The translations under genes and the position numbers were made by a program. Shown piece by piece: positions 39,101 through 49,500 of a stretch of 64,000 bases of DNA. The notes under the pieces were generated by a model, which was given only the letters and a program-made list of their open reading frames with translations, did no database searches and was not told the DNA's origin. Source of the DNA: an uncultured Rhodobiaceae bacterium (lineage in GTDB: Archaea; Thermoplasmatota; Poseidoniia; Poseidoniales; Poseidoniaceae); assembly GCA_937911445.1 (NCBI GenBank), contig CALDQY010000189.1:185-64184 (forward strand). The letters are read 5' to 3'. Numbering within the stretch: position 1 is the first letter of the stretch; each line of letters begins with the position of its first letter.

Positions 39101-39252
39101 TTTTCGTTACACTCGAGAAACTTGGAATCGGAGTTGTCGGTGGACCTTCTGCAATGTCAAGACGATTGGGACTTGGTAAAATGAAAGCAGATGACCCAGA
39201 CGTTTTGGAAGCCGTTCTCATCCACGAACCGAGCAACAAAGAAGCGTGGTGA
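36190..39252 (+). CDS. RND-superfamily / MMPL-type exporter (two 6-TM bundles with large extracytoplasmic loops)
   Basis: Duplicated TM blocks, e.g. 'FLSAVTTVIGFISLIF' and 'GSILVGVGVDFSIHIANR'. Large acidic loops. Start at ATG 36190 avoids overlap with valS. Confidence 0.75.
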   Translation: MPEDAEDTTSSHGEEDVGRIQAIADYSRERVRVASVDISARVRDFDAKKAVDAVLEAPKRLKREWQKTGATGVITRFPIATVALFLMITLYFVTTSGFLDDTQFDDDPNEPALNVNGDMEVYLPDGSEVKELIEMVEADWTTNVMVIYIESDKNNITDQRILQEISYVEKSINPYVSDNESDDVIYILSISTVLKEINSSLPRVRDAFITELGRQCPSFQEVCENFAASVNTALSAGDDQFAGGYEIPSQTTIDLIIGEMYENDGSPTPGLDKLARNTNACSGQPNDEGTDDNGCFDGEDLKLDRAIMAVAVVDSIEAKDIIEATQQRLDNISTEQRPCEFDQNGNPASADRCTWDDLGLKMTLTGPVPITNSVTEFSFRLFWEIFPLAVVLVAIGLFVFHSDLLQAGISGIRPIQGIKVVIIAGLPTLCAVFWTLGIIGASNYEVTMTVIIVGPILLALGVSYGLHITNRYAEEEGSRTEKMQASMKSTGRAVFLSAVTTVIGFISLIFTPMAPIKTVGIALSGGIVIVYILTMFMVPNLTLILDLRKPKHPPLKVFDAAVDVPVKRNRSLIAFFLILVFVSATLGQSNVEENIDLLGMAPEGEQPVIKMKQYSREFNAGQIGMVLVHANVSGDVTDNDPTNDDPAQNLKIIDGLERNLNTVENASAVSVVFLMKATGLAPTLSGQPLLAQIQEIPGYDILPEDVRNTFEVLLDQEVTQGATFWDLLTTPEEFGLPGSTQSQIFLLDVFYSSLTKEMREIFINSDYDRTLIYIDMPFIPVADTAVAVDQINEYSEGFQGTHQERAEKLTGVAATAIEVNKLIVDSQWTSLGFAIVLTLIVLAVVFRDIRYSLLTTSPVIATVALQWLVMWQMDVPLSLVTVMIGSILVGVGVDFSIHIANRIRELGGGIEAIRSAAVGTGMSLFEAAVVTSLGMFTAYQIPIPEIKPFVTVILILLWVAAASALLLLPAIFVTLEKLGIGVVGGPSAMSRRLGLGKMKADDPDVLEAVLIHEPSNKEAW

Positions 39253-39293
39253 AGCCAAGCAAAGGGATAAGACCTGTATTCCTACCAACAAAC

Positions 39294-39773
39294 ATGGTCA
39301 AGTACTGGTTGATGAAGTCCGAACTCGACGTCTATCCCTACGCACAACTTGTTGCTGATGGTAAGACGCATTGGGATGGAGTTCGCAATTACCAAGCAAG
39401 GAACATGATGCGTGACGAAATGAAGGTTGGAGATTTGATCCTTTACTATCATTCAAACTGCAAACCACCTCATGTTGCAGGGATCGCCAAAGTATGCAAT
39501 GAAGGGTATGGTGACTTCACATCTTGGGACTCCTCCTCAAAATACTTCGATGAGAAGTCAACTCCAGAAAATCCGAGATGGTTCATGGTCGATATTGAGC
39601 CTGTATGTGAACTCCAAAACATCGTCTCATTGGATGCTGTGCGACAAGAAGAAGCACTTGCAGATATGTTGCTAATACGAAGAGGGCAACGACTTTCGAT
39701 TCAGCCAGTCAAAGAAAACGAATTCCGACACATCTGCAGTATGGGTGGTGTTGACCCATCCAAAATTGAGTGA
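39294..39773 (+). CDS. EVE (PUA-like) domain protein
   Basis: 'MVKYWLMKSE...THWDGVRNYQARNMMRDEMKVGDLILYYHSN' matches the EVE/Thy28 signature. Confidence 0.7.
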   Translation: MVKYWLMKSELDVYPYAQLVADGKTHWDGVRNYQARNMMRDEMKVGDLILYYHSNCKPPHVAGIAKVCNEGYGDFTSWDSSSKYFDEKSTPENPRWFMVDIEPVCELQNIVSLDAVRQEEALADMLLIRRGQRLSIQPVKENEFRHICSMGGVDPSKIE

Positions 39774-39782
39774 AGTGATTCC

Positions 39783-40994
39783 ATGCAACACATAAGCGCA
39801 ACAGATCGTGCTCTCAACATAGAGTACGCCATTCGCGATGTGGTTGTTCCTGCTACAAAACTCGAAGCACAAGGTCACTCCATTATCAAGCTCAACATCG
39901 GTGATCCAATCGCATACCCGGGATTGCCAACCCCTTCACACATGGTCGAAGCCTTCGTCAAAGCGCTGAACGACGGAAAGAATGGTTACTCGCCGTCCTA
40001 TGGTTTACCAGAATTACGTACTGCGATTGCGAACGATGAACGAACAAAGGGTTGGCCTGCTTCAGCGGATGATGTCTACGTTTGTCACGGTGTAACAGAA
40101 GCACTGCAAGTCCTCTTCCAGGCTACGTTGGATGAAGGTAGCCAAGTCCTTGCTCCAGGTCCACACTATCCTCCTTACATGGCGTATCCTCAAATGTACG
40201 GTGCTGAAACAATTGAATACCGATTAAATTCCGATGATGGATGGTCGCTTGATTTTGATGACATTGAGTCAAAGATGAACGATGATGTTCGACTGTTTGT
40301 TCTAATCAATCCAAACAATCCAACAGGTGCAGTGGTCGGTCAAGAAGAAATTGATCGGTTGCTACAGATTCTGAAACCGTGGCCAAATTGTATTCTCGTC
40401 GCGGATGAAATCTATGATGGTCTTGATTTTTCAAACCGTCAAGTAAGTGCAGCAAGCCGATCTGATTCAATTCCAGTAGTAACCATGAACGGTGTCTCAA
40501 AGGTCTACTATGCACCAGGATGGAGGATTGGATACATGGCAATTCACGACCCAACGTCTGTTTTGTCCTCAGTCCGAGATGGTGTTGAACGAATCCTTCG
40601 TTCACGACTTTGTGCATCCACTCCAGCACAACTAGGATTCTTGGCTGGTTTACAAGAAGACCGCTCATGGATGAAGGAATATTCCAAAACTGTGCAAGAA
40701 CGTCGAGATGTCTGTCTCCAACGTATTTCTGGGATTGAGGGGCTTGAAGTTGAAACACCAGAGGGTGCATTCTACATGTTCGTTCGACTAACGGACGAGC
40801 ATTGGAGAGAAAACGACAAGCAGTTTGTCCTCCAATTGTTGCATGAGGAACATGTATTGCTCGTTCACGGTTCTGGGTTCAGCCAAGACAAAGGAAAAGG
40901 ACACGTACGGCTCGTTTTCTTGCCTGATGTTGCAACTCTTCACACAGCGTTTGACCGTATCGACGCCTTCTTGCAAAGACACCGTAATGCGTGA
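39783..40994 (+). CDS. PLP-dependent aminotransferase class I/II (alanine/aspartate aminotransferase-like)
   Basis: 'YSPSYGLPELR', 'NPNNPTGAV', 'SKVYYAPGWRIGY' (PLP-Lys context). Confidence 0.75.
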   Translation: MQHISATDRALNIEYAIRDVVVPATKLEAQGHSIIKLNIGDPIAYPGLPTPSHMVEAFVKALNDGKNGYSPSYGLPELRTAIANDERTKGWPASADDVYVCHGVTEALQVLFQATLDEGSQVLAPGPHYPPYMAYPQMYGAETIEYRLNSDDGWSLDFDDIESKMNDDVRLFVLINPNNPTGAVVGQEEIDRLLQILKPWPNCILVADEIYDGLDFSNRQVSAASRSDSIPVVTMNGVSKVYYAPGWRIGYMAIHDPTSVLSSVRDGVERILRSRLCASTPAQLGFLAGLQEDRSWMKEYSKTVQERRDVCLQRISGIEGLEVETPEGAFYMFVRLTDEHWRENDKQFVLQLLHEEHVLLVHGSGFSQDKGKGHVRLVFLPDVATLHTAFDRIDAFLQRHRNA

Positions 40995-43900
40995 TGAATG
41001 ACGGCGAAGTATTCATGATGAATAATCACAGGGTTCGCTATATGCGGAAGGTATTCCTGGGCAGTGTCCTTGTTATCTTGGGACTCCTTCCACAAGTTTC
41101 AGCCTCAACGGTTGCACAGCCAACAGATTTTGATGTGGCTTATCTTTATCCTCTCTTGTCTGCTCTTTTTGTTGCAGCCCTCTTGTGGAAATTTTTCGTA
41201 CCACGACAACTCTCTGCCCTGCAAGTAGCCTTTGAGATTGACGACAATCTCTACGAAGTTCATCGATTGACACGAACCATTGAAGATGCTCGAGAAATCC
41301 TACAACAAGGACGTGTGGCTTTTGGTGTCGGACTTTACATGATGGGGATGCTTGGCGTTCTCCTATTGATTTCTGAACTTATTTTCCAACCAGATGTTTA
41401 TTTCGAGCCGAACCTGTGGATCATCGGTTTGTTTGTCCTTCTTCCCATTCTCATCTCTCCTTGGGAAACCATGAACGCTCAACTGGCCGGTAAAGGTGAC
41501 ACGAGAATCGGTGCAACCTCGATTGGTGTCGGTGTTCGACGTATTCTCACGCTTTCCATACTCCTGTTTGCTACCATGATTGCGCTCTTTTATGGCATGA
41601 ACCAAAACGACGGAAAAATTACTCCGGTCTGGTTAGCGATTACCATGTTGGTCTTTATGGCGCCAACAATCCTTGCATACGGTCGTATCATGGGTGCATC
41701 TTGGAACATGTTGCTTGTGAACAAGTGGAGGACTGCGAACGGTCGAAAGAATCCTATCGATCCTGACAAACCATCCTTTGTCAACCGATTGTTCTCCTTG
41801 CTCCTTGTTTTATTTTTGATTACCATGCCAGTCACGGCTCTGAATGGTATTGTTACCGTGTTCCACGTTCTCTACAACAGTCCAAACAACAGTGAAGATA
41901 TCTTGAACTTTGGTGGAATCATTGGTCACTCCATTTATGTGCGAATCGATCTTATTTCCGAATTTTTGTTCCATTGGGAATTCATTAAATCCATGCCTCA
42001 ATTCCTGTCGTTCTATCTTTCGTTGAACATTGCGATTGTTGGTCTTGCGTTTATTTTTGAACTTACAAGAAACTTGATTCTCGGAGGGCAGACATTTGGT
42101 GGAATGTTTGGTGTTACGCTTGATACACCGCGTGAAATTCGTACCGAAGAAGCTGCACAAGGGCGTCAAATTTCATTTGCATTTGCTGGATTTTCTGGTT
42201 ATACTGTGCTCCTCCTCCTCCTTGTTTGCTACAAGGAATTCGGGGACCTCATGCCGTTTACTTCCGACTTGGAAAATCGAGGTTTTAACGAAGAAATGCG
42301 GTTGCTCGCGACATGGATGTTTATTGCAGTTGGTAACGCTGTCTTCCTTTTCACTTGGTTGTTATCGGTTGCACGATTGTCACCTCTTCGCCAAATTCGC
42401 TTTGATCTGGATCCTGAGGAACGACGTGAAGGCGCTGTCATGTTGGCTGGTGGTGATTGGATGCGTGAGTACATCGATAACGCTGCTCTCCAAGAAGATC
42501 TCGACGCCCTCATTCGTTTCCAAAAACAATCAATCGAAGGTGACCAATCTTTGGTTCGTCATGAAAAAGCACGTGCAAAAATGTGGTCCTGTGCCATTCG
42601 TGGATTGTGGCCAAAATCCATCGAAGAAGCGAAGAAAGTGCTCGCTCAATCAGGCGGCGACGATGACGAGGCAAGGATGTTGATTGCAACCGGCTACATT
42701 GCGACACGTCGATTGGATGCAGCACGAGGTGCATTGCGTGGCTTGCAACAACCTGAAGGATACGATGAGCCTGAGCTTCTGGCGTTCATTTGTGAATGGA
42801 TTGATCCATGGCACGGTAGTGTTGACGAGGATGACTTGTGGGATTGGGAGAACAATTCGACCATCGACCACCTAAACGAAAAGATGCGGATGCTTCGATA
42901 TTGGTCGCCTACGTTTTCCAAAGAAGCCACACAGCACAAAGACCGAATCTCTCTGGTCTCATCGATCTCCAATGTTGCCACTCTACGCATGCAAAGAAAA
43001 CACGAAGAAGCCTTGGAATTGGCTTTGGAATCTGTCAAGCAAGATCCGCTTGGGGTTCGACCTCGTATTGCTGCAGCATTGTGTCTGCTCGACCGGGGCG
43101 ATTGGCATCAAGCCCTCTCAATTTACAAAGAACTGCGTGAAAGCGATGTCAATGACCCTCGTGTCAAGGCTCTCTCTGTTATACTCGGTCATGAAGCAGA
43201 TGCAGAAGACATTGAGGTTTCATTGGTTCTCGAAAAAGGAAAGTCCTTGCGGCGATGGCTCGATGATGCTCCGGTGAATCCAGTAGCAGGTTTAGCCACG
43301 AAAGGTGGAATTGATGAAGCCATCAACGCCAACATTATGATCGTCAACCACGAAGCGGTTCGCAGAGGTATGACGCCACGTTATTCATCATCGCTCGTTC
43401 ATCGAATTGTTCAATTCTTCCTGTTACCTATGATCTTCGTAGTTGCAGGTATCGGTCTGGACTCCATCTATGGACCTGCTGAGGGTGCCGTTGCTACTGT
43501 GACGTTGTTTGTTCTTCAATTTGGAATGCACCGCTTTAATCGACAACAACGCAAACAAATCAAACACCGAGATCAACGGTCCTTGGTTCAGTATGCAAAA
43601 ATGATGAAACGTTCGAAGGTTAAACCTAGTCGAGATAACATTCCCGTAGGAACACATCTCTTGCTGTCTGGCATCCTTGTAACTGTCAACGGTGTTGTCT
43701 TGGATATTGGTCTCCCTGGATGGTTGACGGAACGTTTGCCCAAGGATTCCGATAAGACGATTCGATCGAGATTGAAGCGTAATGCGCTTTCAATTTCCAA
43801 AAACCGACCAGGTAAGCTCTCTATTCTTTCTTCAGGATGGTGGCTGAAGAGGCCAAAAGAAGAAGATTCAGACACGCCTGCTCTCGAACGGTTGATTGGT

Positions 43901-44089
43901 CCTGTTGCCTATCGAGGCCGACAAGCCATGGTCCAGAAAAAGACCACAGCACTCAACCGCTCGACAGGCATTGGTCCGAGTCGAGCGCCTGTTTCTGACC
44001 TGAATCTCTCCAGTCGTAATGTTCCGACACATACCATCGCAAGTGAACGCTCCACATACTCTGGTCCAAGAAGGCCAAGTCAGCGTTGA
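40994..44089 (+). CDS. hypothetical large polytopic membrane protein with central TPR-like soluble domain and basic C-terminal tail
   Basis: About 1030 aa. N-terminal multi-TM region, helical repeat region (aa ~480-720), two further TM helices, and an R/K-rich tail. Start ATG overlaps the aminotransferase stop (TGATG). Confidence 0.6.
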   Translation: MNDGEVFMMNNHRVRYMRKVFLGSVLVILGLLPQVSASTVAQPTDFDVAYLYPLLSALFVAALLWKFFVPRQLSALQVAFEIDDNLYEVHRLTRTIEDAREILQQGRVAFGVGLYMMGMLGVLLLISELIFQPDVYFEPNLWIIGLFVLLPILISPWETMNAQLAGKGDTRIGATSIGVGVRRILTLSILLFATMIALFYGMNQNDGKITPVWLAITMLVFMAPTILAYGRIMGASWNMLLVNKWRTANGRKNPIDPDKPSFVNRLFSLLLVLFLITMPVTALNGIVTVFHVLYNSPNNSEDILNFGGIIGHSIYVRIDLISEFLFHWEFIKSMPQFLSFYLSLNIAIVGLAFIFELTRNLILGGQTFGGMFGVTLDTPREIRTEEAAQGRQISFAFAGFSGYTVLLLLLVCYKEFGDLMPFTSDLENRGFNEEMRLLATWMFIAVGNAVFLFTWLLSVARLSPLRQIRFDLDPEERREGAVMLAGGDWMREYIDNAALQEDLDALIRFQKQSIEGDQSLVRHEKARAKMWSCAIRGLWPKSIEEAKKVLAQSGGDDDEARMLIATGYIATRRLDAARGALRGLQQPEGYDEPELLAFICEWIDPWHGSVDEDDLWDWENNSTIDHLNEKMRMLRYWSPTFSKEATQHKDRISLVSSISNVATLRMQRKHEEALELALESVKQDPLGVRPRIAAALCLLDRGDWHQALSIYKELRESDVNDPRVKALSVILGHEADAEDIEVSLVLEKGKSLRRWLDDAPVNPVAGLATKGGIDEAINANIMIVNHEAVRRGMTPRYSSSLVHRIVQFFLLPMIFVVAGIGLDSIYGPAEGAVATVTLFVLQFGMHRFNRQQRKQIKHRDQRSLVQYAKMMKRSKVKPSRDNIPVGTHLLLSGILVTVNGVVLDIGLPGWLTERLPKDSDKTIRSRLKRNALSISKNRPGKLSILSSGWWLKRPKEEDSDTPALERLIGPVAYRGRQAMVQKKTTALNRSTGIGPSRAPVSDLNLSSRNVPTHTIASERSTYSGPRRPSQR

Positions 44090-44142
44090 ATTCCTGTTGG
44101 TCGTTTCACAGAATTCATGAACCTCGTCGCCTAGCGTATGGC

Positions 44143-45435
44143 ATGGGAAATCTCTCTCCACGTGATTCGGTGAACGCAGTCCTCGATGCATCTGCGAAAA
44201 GTGCACGATTGTATGGGCACGGCCTCGGCATGATTGCATCTGAAAACATCATTTCACCCAATGTTAAACGAGCAATAAATTCCGATCTTCATGGGAGATA
44301 TGCAGAAGGGTTGCCAGGTAAGAGGTACTATCAAGGCTGCGATGATTTCGACACAATCGAGGACATTGGAATCAATCTAGCAAAGAAGGTTTTTCAAGCA
44401 AATTTTGCCAACATTCAATCTACCTCGGGCACCGTTTCGAACATTGGTGCATTGAAAGCTCTTGCAAAACCGGGTGATGCAATCACCGCCGTTTCAACCG
44501 CCGATGGTGGACACATTTCCCATGCTCGGATGGGTGCTGTAGGATTACGTGATCTCAACGTTTCCACGTATCCATGGGATGAGGATAGGATGGAACCCGA
44601 TGTCGATGCTTCTTGTGCTCTCATTCGCGAAGTAAAGCCCCAAATTACATTGGTTGGACAATCGGTGTTTCTGTTCCCTACGCCGTTGAAAGAGTTAGCC
44701 GATGCAGCGCATGAGGTAGGATCAACAGTGATGTACGACGGTGCCCATGTCCTCGGCCTTATCGCCGGTGGCGTATTCCAAGACCCGTTGCGTGAAGGTG
44801 CCGATATCATGACTGGATCGTCCCACAAAACCTTCCCTGGACCTCAAGGAGGATTTCTGCTATCATCAAGCGAAGATGCATCGTTTCATCGACGCCTGAA
44901 CAATGCAATGTTCCCCGGTGTGTGCTCCTCTTATCATTTGCACCACGTTGCAGGAAAAGTCGTTGCACTTGCTGAATTTGAGGCATTTGGTCAAGCCTAT
45001 GCAACTGATATTGTACGCAATGCAAAGGCCTTCGCTGAGTCACTCGCTGCAGAAGGTTTTGATGTTCTTGCCGAGTCAAGAGGCTACACGGCATCGCATC
45101 AGGTTCTCACGAGGCACGGCGATACCGATTCAGGAGCCGGTGCTGTCGCTGCGCGGAGGCTCGAGGATGCTGGCATAATTACAAACATGAACATGCTTCC
45201 TGGAGATACAAAGGCAATGTCCCCATCTGGATTACGCCTCGGCGTTCAAGAATTGACACGTGTCGGCATGGGCGTCAATGAAATGGCGGAAGTTGCATCG
45301 CTCTATGCACGAGTCTTGCTGAAACAGGAAGCGCCTGAGCTGGTCCGTAATGACGTTCAGCACTTGAAATCCGATTTCCAACATGTTCAGTACTGCTTTG
45401 ATTCCGAATCCATCCCTGCCTACGAAGGGATGTGA
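44143..45435 (+). CDS. glyA: serine hydroxymethyltransferase
   Basis: 'IASENIISPNV', 'YYQGC', 'TGSSHKTFPGPQGG' (PLP-Lys). ORF track starts at TTG 44086. ATG 44143 preferred. Confidence 0.85.
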   Translation: MGNLSPRDSVNAVLDASAKSARLYGHGLGMIASENIISPNVKRAINSDLHGRYAEGLPGKRYYQGCDDFDTIEDIGINLAKKVFQANFANIQSTSGTVSNIGALKALAKPGDAITAVSTADGGHISHARMGAVGLRDLNVSTYPWDEDRMEPDVDASCALIREVKPQITLVGQSVFLFPTPLKELADAAHEVGSTVMYDGAHVLGLIAGGVFQDPLREGADIMTGSSHKTFPGPQGGFLLSSSEDASFHRRLNNAMFPGVCSSYHLHHVAGKVVALAEFEAFGQAYATDIVRNAKAFAESLAAEGFDVLAESRGYTASHQVLTRHGDTDSGAGAVAARRLEDAGIITNMNMLPGDTKAMSPSGLRLGVQELTRVGMGVNEMAEVASLYARVLLKQEAPELVRNDVQHLKSDFQHVQYCFDSESIPAYEGM

Positions 45436-45755
45436 GGTTCATCGAACCAATCGTTACGTTGGACATCGTTCCAAAACGTGGCCAACTCATCCATCCATTG
45501 TTTGGTGAAGTCGTTCTTTGGAGACAGCACGAATTCCATACGTGGTGGAATCAGTTTGAAGCCATCATCGATCATCCACTGAGCCGCACATTCATCAATG
45601 GTGTCGTTGATTCTTTGGAGTTCAAGAACGCAATGCCTCGATTTGGGGGGTTGTTCCGGAAAAAGAAGTTCAAGAAAGAGTCTGATCGCATCGGCTGCCA
45701 ACTCGGTTGGGGTACCTTTCAATTTGAAAACCAAAACGTCGTTCAAAGCGCTCAT
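45420..45755 (-). CDS. hypothetical small acidic protein (coding status ambiguous)
   Basis: 111-aa ORF fully overlapped on the opposite strand by the N-terminal part of ORF 45432..46451. Only one of the two is likely real over this interval. Confidence 0.3.
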   Translation of the reverse strand: MSALNDVLVFKLKGTPTELAADAIRLFLELLFPEQPPKSRHCVLELQRINDTIDECAAQWMIDDGFKLIPPRMEFVLSPKNDFTKQWMDELATFWNDVQRNDWFDEPHIPS

Positions 45756-46451
45756 CCATTGCTTTCAGTTGCATTGGGCCAGTACCTCCTAGAGGCGTAT
45801 CATGAACAGCGGTTCAAGGTTCGTTGGGTCGAACCAAGGCCTCAAACCGTACGGCTTGAAATCGAAGCGTCCCCTGACCTACCTCATCCAAAGCCTGTTG
45901 AATCTTTGCCTTGGTCAATCACCCAACAGATGAAAACCACAGATTCGTGGTTAATCCTCGACCGACACTCACAAAATGAATTGAACTTTGAAGGCGAACG
46001 TGTTGTGTTGATTCCTGTTGAATCGATGGACCGCTTCCTTTCTGGGTGTTTGCCATATGTTTCTCAACAAGATGTTCAGTGGTTCGATGCAGATTCATGC
46101 AAACTCGATTCATACGAGTATCTCTTGCGAGCAACCATACAATCGATATCGAGCATGTTTCTCAAAAGTGAACAACCTGTCTACATTATCGACGGGTCGA
46201 GCTGGGCTGCATACATCGAAAATTACATCTGCGAACGTGGATGGGGCAACGCACACGTCACGAGCTACGATACATCCGACTTTAGTTTGGAACTAACAAT
46301 ACCCATGCAAAGTCAACTCCCATTCACGATTGGATTGTTGTGCGGAATGTGGGAACGTGCTCATGGCAGAGCATACCGATTGTCGTTACGAATAGAAAGT
46401 GATACTTTTGTCCTTCAAATCCAATCTTTGCTTGACTATGAAAATCAGTGA
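45432..46451 (+). CDS. hypothetical protein (start uncertain, may begin at an internal Met ~45636 or ~45930)
   Basis: 339-aa ORF. The downstream two-thirds has no competing ORF. Confidence 0.45.
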   Translation: MRFIEPIVTLDIVPKRGQLIHPLFGEVVLWRQHEFHTWWNQFEAIIDHPLSRTFINGVVDSLEFKNAMPRFGGLFRKKKFKKESDRIGCQLGWGTFQFENQNVVQSAHPLLSVALGQYLLEAYHEQRFKVRWVEPRPQTVRLEIEASPDLPHPKPVESLPWSITQQMKTTDSWLILDRHSQNELNFEGERVVLIPVESMDRFLSGCLPYVSQQDVQWFDADSCKLDSYEYLLRATIQSISSMFLKSEQPVYIIDGSSWAAYIENYICERGWGNAHVTSYDTSDFSLELTIPMQSQLPFTIGLLCGMWERAHGRAYRLSLRIESDTFVLQIQSLLDYENQ

Positions 46452-46552
46452 TTGTCTCTGTATTTGCGTTCAATTTTTTGAGCAAACAAGGTCAAGGTTC
46501 ATAACCGAACCATGTCGTCGACAGAGTAGTCAAGAAGCGGAGGCTACATCCT

Positions 46553-49500
46553 ATGTCACTTAATCACAATCAAATGGCGTACGCAGCAATCATCTCAACC
46601 CTCATTTTCGGATCCCTCTTTGTGGGTGTCAGTGGGTTCTATCAAACATCATCGGGCGTCGGTGATTTTGATAGCGCTGCTGAGGAAGAGATTACACCTC
46701 AAATCGAAATTTCCTCCGGTGATGCAATCGACACTGATGGAGATGGTTTGCCCGATGTTTTGGAAGAGTCGCAGTACGGTACACTGAAAGACGATCCTGA
46801 TACGGATAATGACGGTATGAGTGATGGTTGGGAAGTTGCACACGGTCTAAACCCACTTGACAGTGGTGAAGCTGAAGAAGCTGAGGAAGAATCTGGTTCC
46901 ACAAACCAAGCCGATGGTGCAGAAGTAAGCAATGAAAGCGATTCGTGGCCTGACCCAACTCAAGGAAAGTACGGTGACCCTGACAACGATGGTCTTACCA
47001 ACGAGCAGGAAGCTGAATTAGGAACCGATCCTCAGCGAGCAGACACAGATAACGATGGTTTGAACGACCGTTGGGAATCGATATACACAATGAACGTTTC
47101 ATCACCAGACGGAACTGTAACACTGTTTAATCCTCTCTCTGGAAACTGGGATTGTTCACTCCTCAATGGCCCACTTGAGCAAACACTTGCAGACATCCTC
47201 GAAGGATTTGAGGGTGCACCAAGCTGGGAAGAATTGGAAAGTCCGCTCGGCCGACACTCCTGTGACCAAGTCCTTGATTTCGATGACGACGGTCTGCTCA
47301 ACTTCCAGGAGGAAGCATACGGTACGAACCCTGCTGCAAAGGATTCAGACAACGATATGCTCCCTGATATTCTGGAAGTGAACAATGCCAACATGATTCT
47401 CGATTTCCAGCTTGGTTCAAATTGTGGTGAACCTGTCATCACGCCTCCTTCACAACGTCTTCCAACCGCTGCTCCATTTGCTGATGAAGTGAGTGCATCG
47501 TGGTTCTTGTCGGACATGGACGGAGATGGCTATCTCAACGGACCAAGTGATTGGGACACCGATGGTGACGGAATGCCAGATGGATTCGAGTTTTGTTTCT
47601 CCTTCAAGGACAACCACCCATTCGGCGTCTCGAACCCACAGAAAGCCGTTTCTGAACTCCTCAGCCCATCCAATGCATCGGATGGATACAACGACTGGGA
47701 TGAAGACGGACTCAACAATCTTGAGGAGTATCAAGTCGCCCTCAAATTCGGTCTGGTAAACGGCCTGCCATCCTTCACATCACCTTGGACCGAAGACACA
47801 GACCAAGACGGCATGCCTGATGGTTGGGAAGCAAGTCAATACAACCGGACAACGCTTGAATATCCACTTAACCCACGCAACGCGAGCAATGCGAACGATG
47901 ACATCGATTTCGATGGATGGGATTCCGATGGTGATGGTGACGTCGTCTTTGATGATCTCGAACTCACGACAACTGTCGTCGATGTCTACGTTACGAAAGG
48001 TGATTACGTCACAGCAAACTCAACCGTTGCTCGTGGGCAATATACGCTCGGCGGTGGTAACAAGCAAACCGTCTATCTCGTTGCTCCTGTTGATGGCTAC
48101 GTTTACCACATCAACGTTGCACCGGGTGATCAAGTAGAATCCCGATTGTTCGTTTGGATGAACGTTGTTGAAGAATCGGAACGATTCACCAACTTGATGG
48201 AATATGAGGCTCGATTTGATGAAAACGGCAATGCTGTTGGACGCTCAACAGACCCTACACACGGAGATACGGATCTTGATGGTCTCCTAGACGGAATCGA
48301 AGTCGGTGGCTGGGAGATTCTGGTTGTCAACCGAGGTGTGCAATTGACATGGGTTGTTTCAGACCCAGGTCTTGCTGATACTGATTCGGATGGTCTTTCG
48401 GACTTTGTTGAGTTCTCCTCCGCTTGCGATGGTCAAGGATCCAACGCTTCCAACGTTGATACAGATGGTGACGGTGAAAGTGACCAGCAAGAAGCTGTAC
48501 TCGGCTACATTTTCAACGGTGAACAATACTTCACATCGGCTTGTATGTTTGACACCGACAACGATGGACTTGAAGATGGCGAGGAGGTTATCGCCGGTGC
48601 AGATAACTTCGTCACGCATGCCAACAATTCAGATACAGATGACGATGGTCTAATCGATGGCAACGAAATTCTGTTTGTTCCACGACCGTTCCAACACGAA
48701 ACCAATCCACTGATCAACGACACGGATGCTGACGGCATGCTTGATGGATGGGAAATGCAAGTCAAGTCTACTGAAGCCAACACCAATTCTCACTCTCTAT
48801 GGGTTGCTATCTCAAATTGGGATCGACCCGGATGCACTGAGAGTACATCCAACAGCTGTCTAATGGAACCGGGGGGCTATGTCTGGATCAATTGGCTCGG
48901 CGGCTTTGAGTTGCAAAAGAAGTACGAGGTTCACGAAATGAATCTTTCAGGATTTGACATGCCCGGTAACCCTCTCTGCGATGGATGTAAAGGACGTTGG
49001 GCTCTTGACCCCTCTCTCAATTCGTTGAAGGATGATACATACGATATTGACAACGATACGTTGCCGAATGGTGCTGAATCCCCTACAAACTGGAATACCA
49101 ACCCAGTCGACGATGATACCGATGGTGACAAACTTCCGGATGGTTGGGAAGTGCAATATTCGTACGAGGCAATCAACAACAATCTCGTTGATAATGCGAC
49201 GATCAATGCATATGGAGCTCGTGGTGTCATGGACCCTTCGATGGCAGACAGTGACCTTGACGGAATCAATGATGGAGAGGAAGATCCAGATCAGGATGGT
49301 CTCAACCGGACAGGACTGATCAAGAAATATTGCCCTGGTTACAATGATTCAACCAATGCTGAATGCAACATTGACCCTGATACACCTGACGGAATGAAGT
49401 TCTACAACAACCTCGAGAACTACACCAACTATGAGGAATTGCAAAACGGTACGAATCCTGTTAGCAATGACACAGATGGTGACGCTTGGGAAGACGGCCC

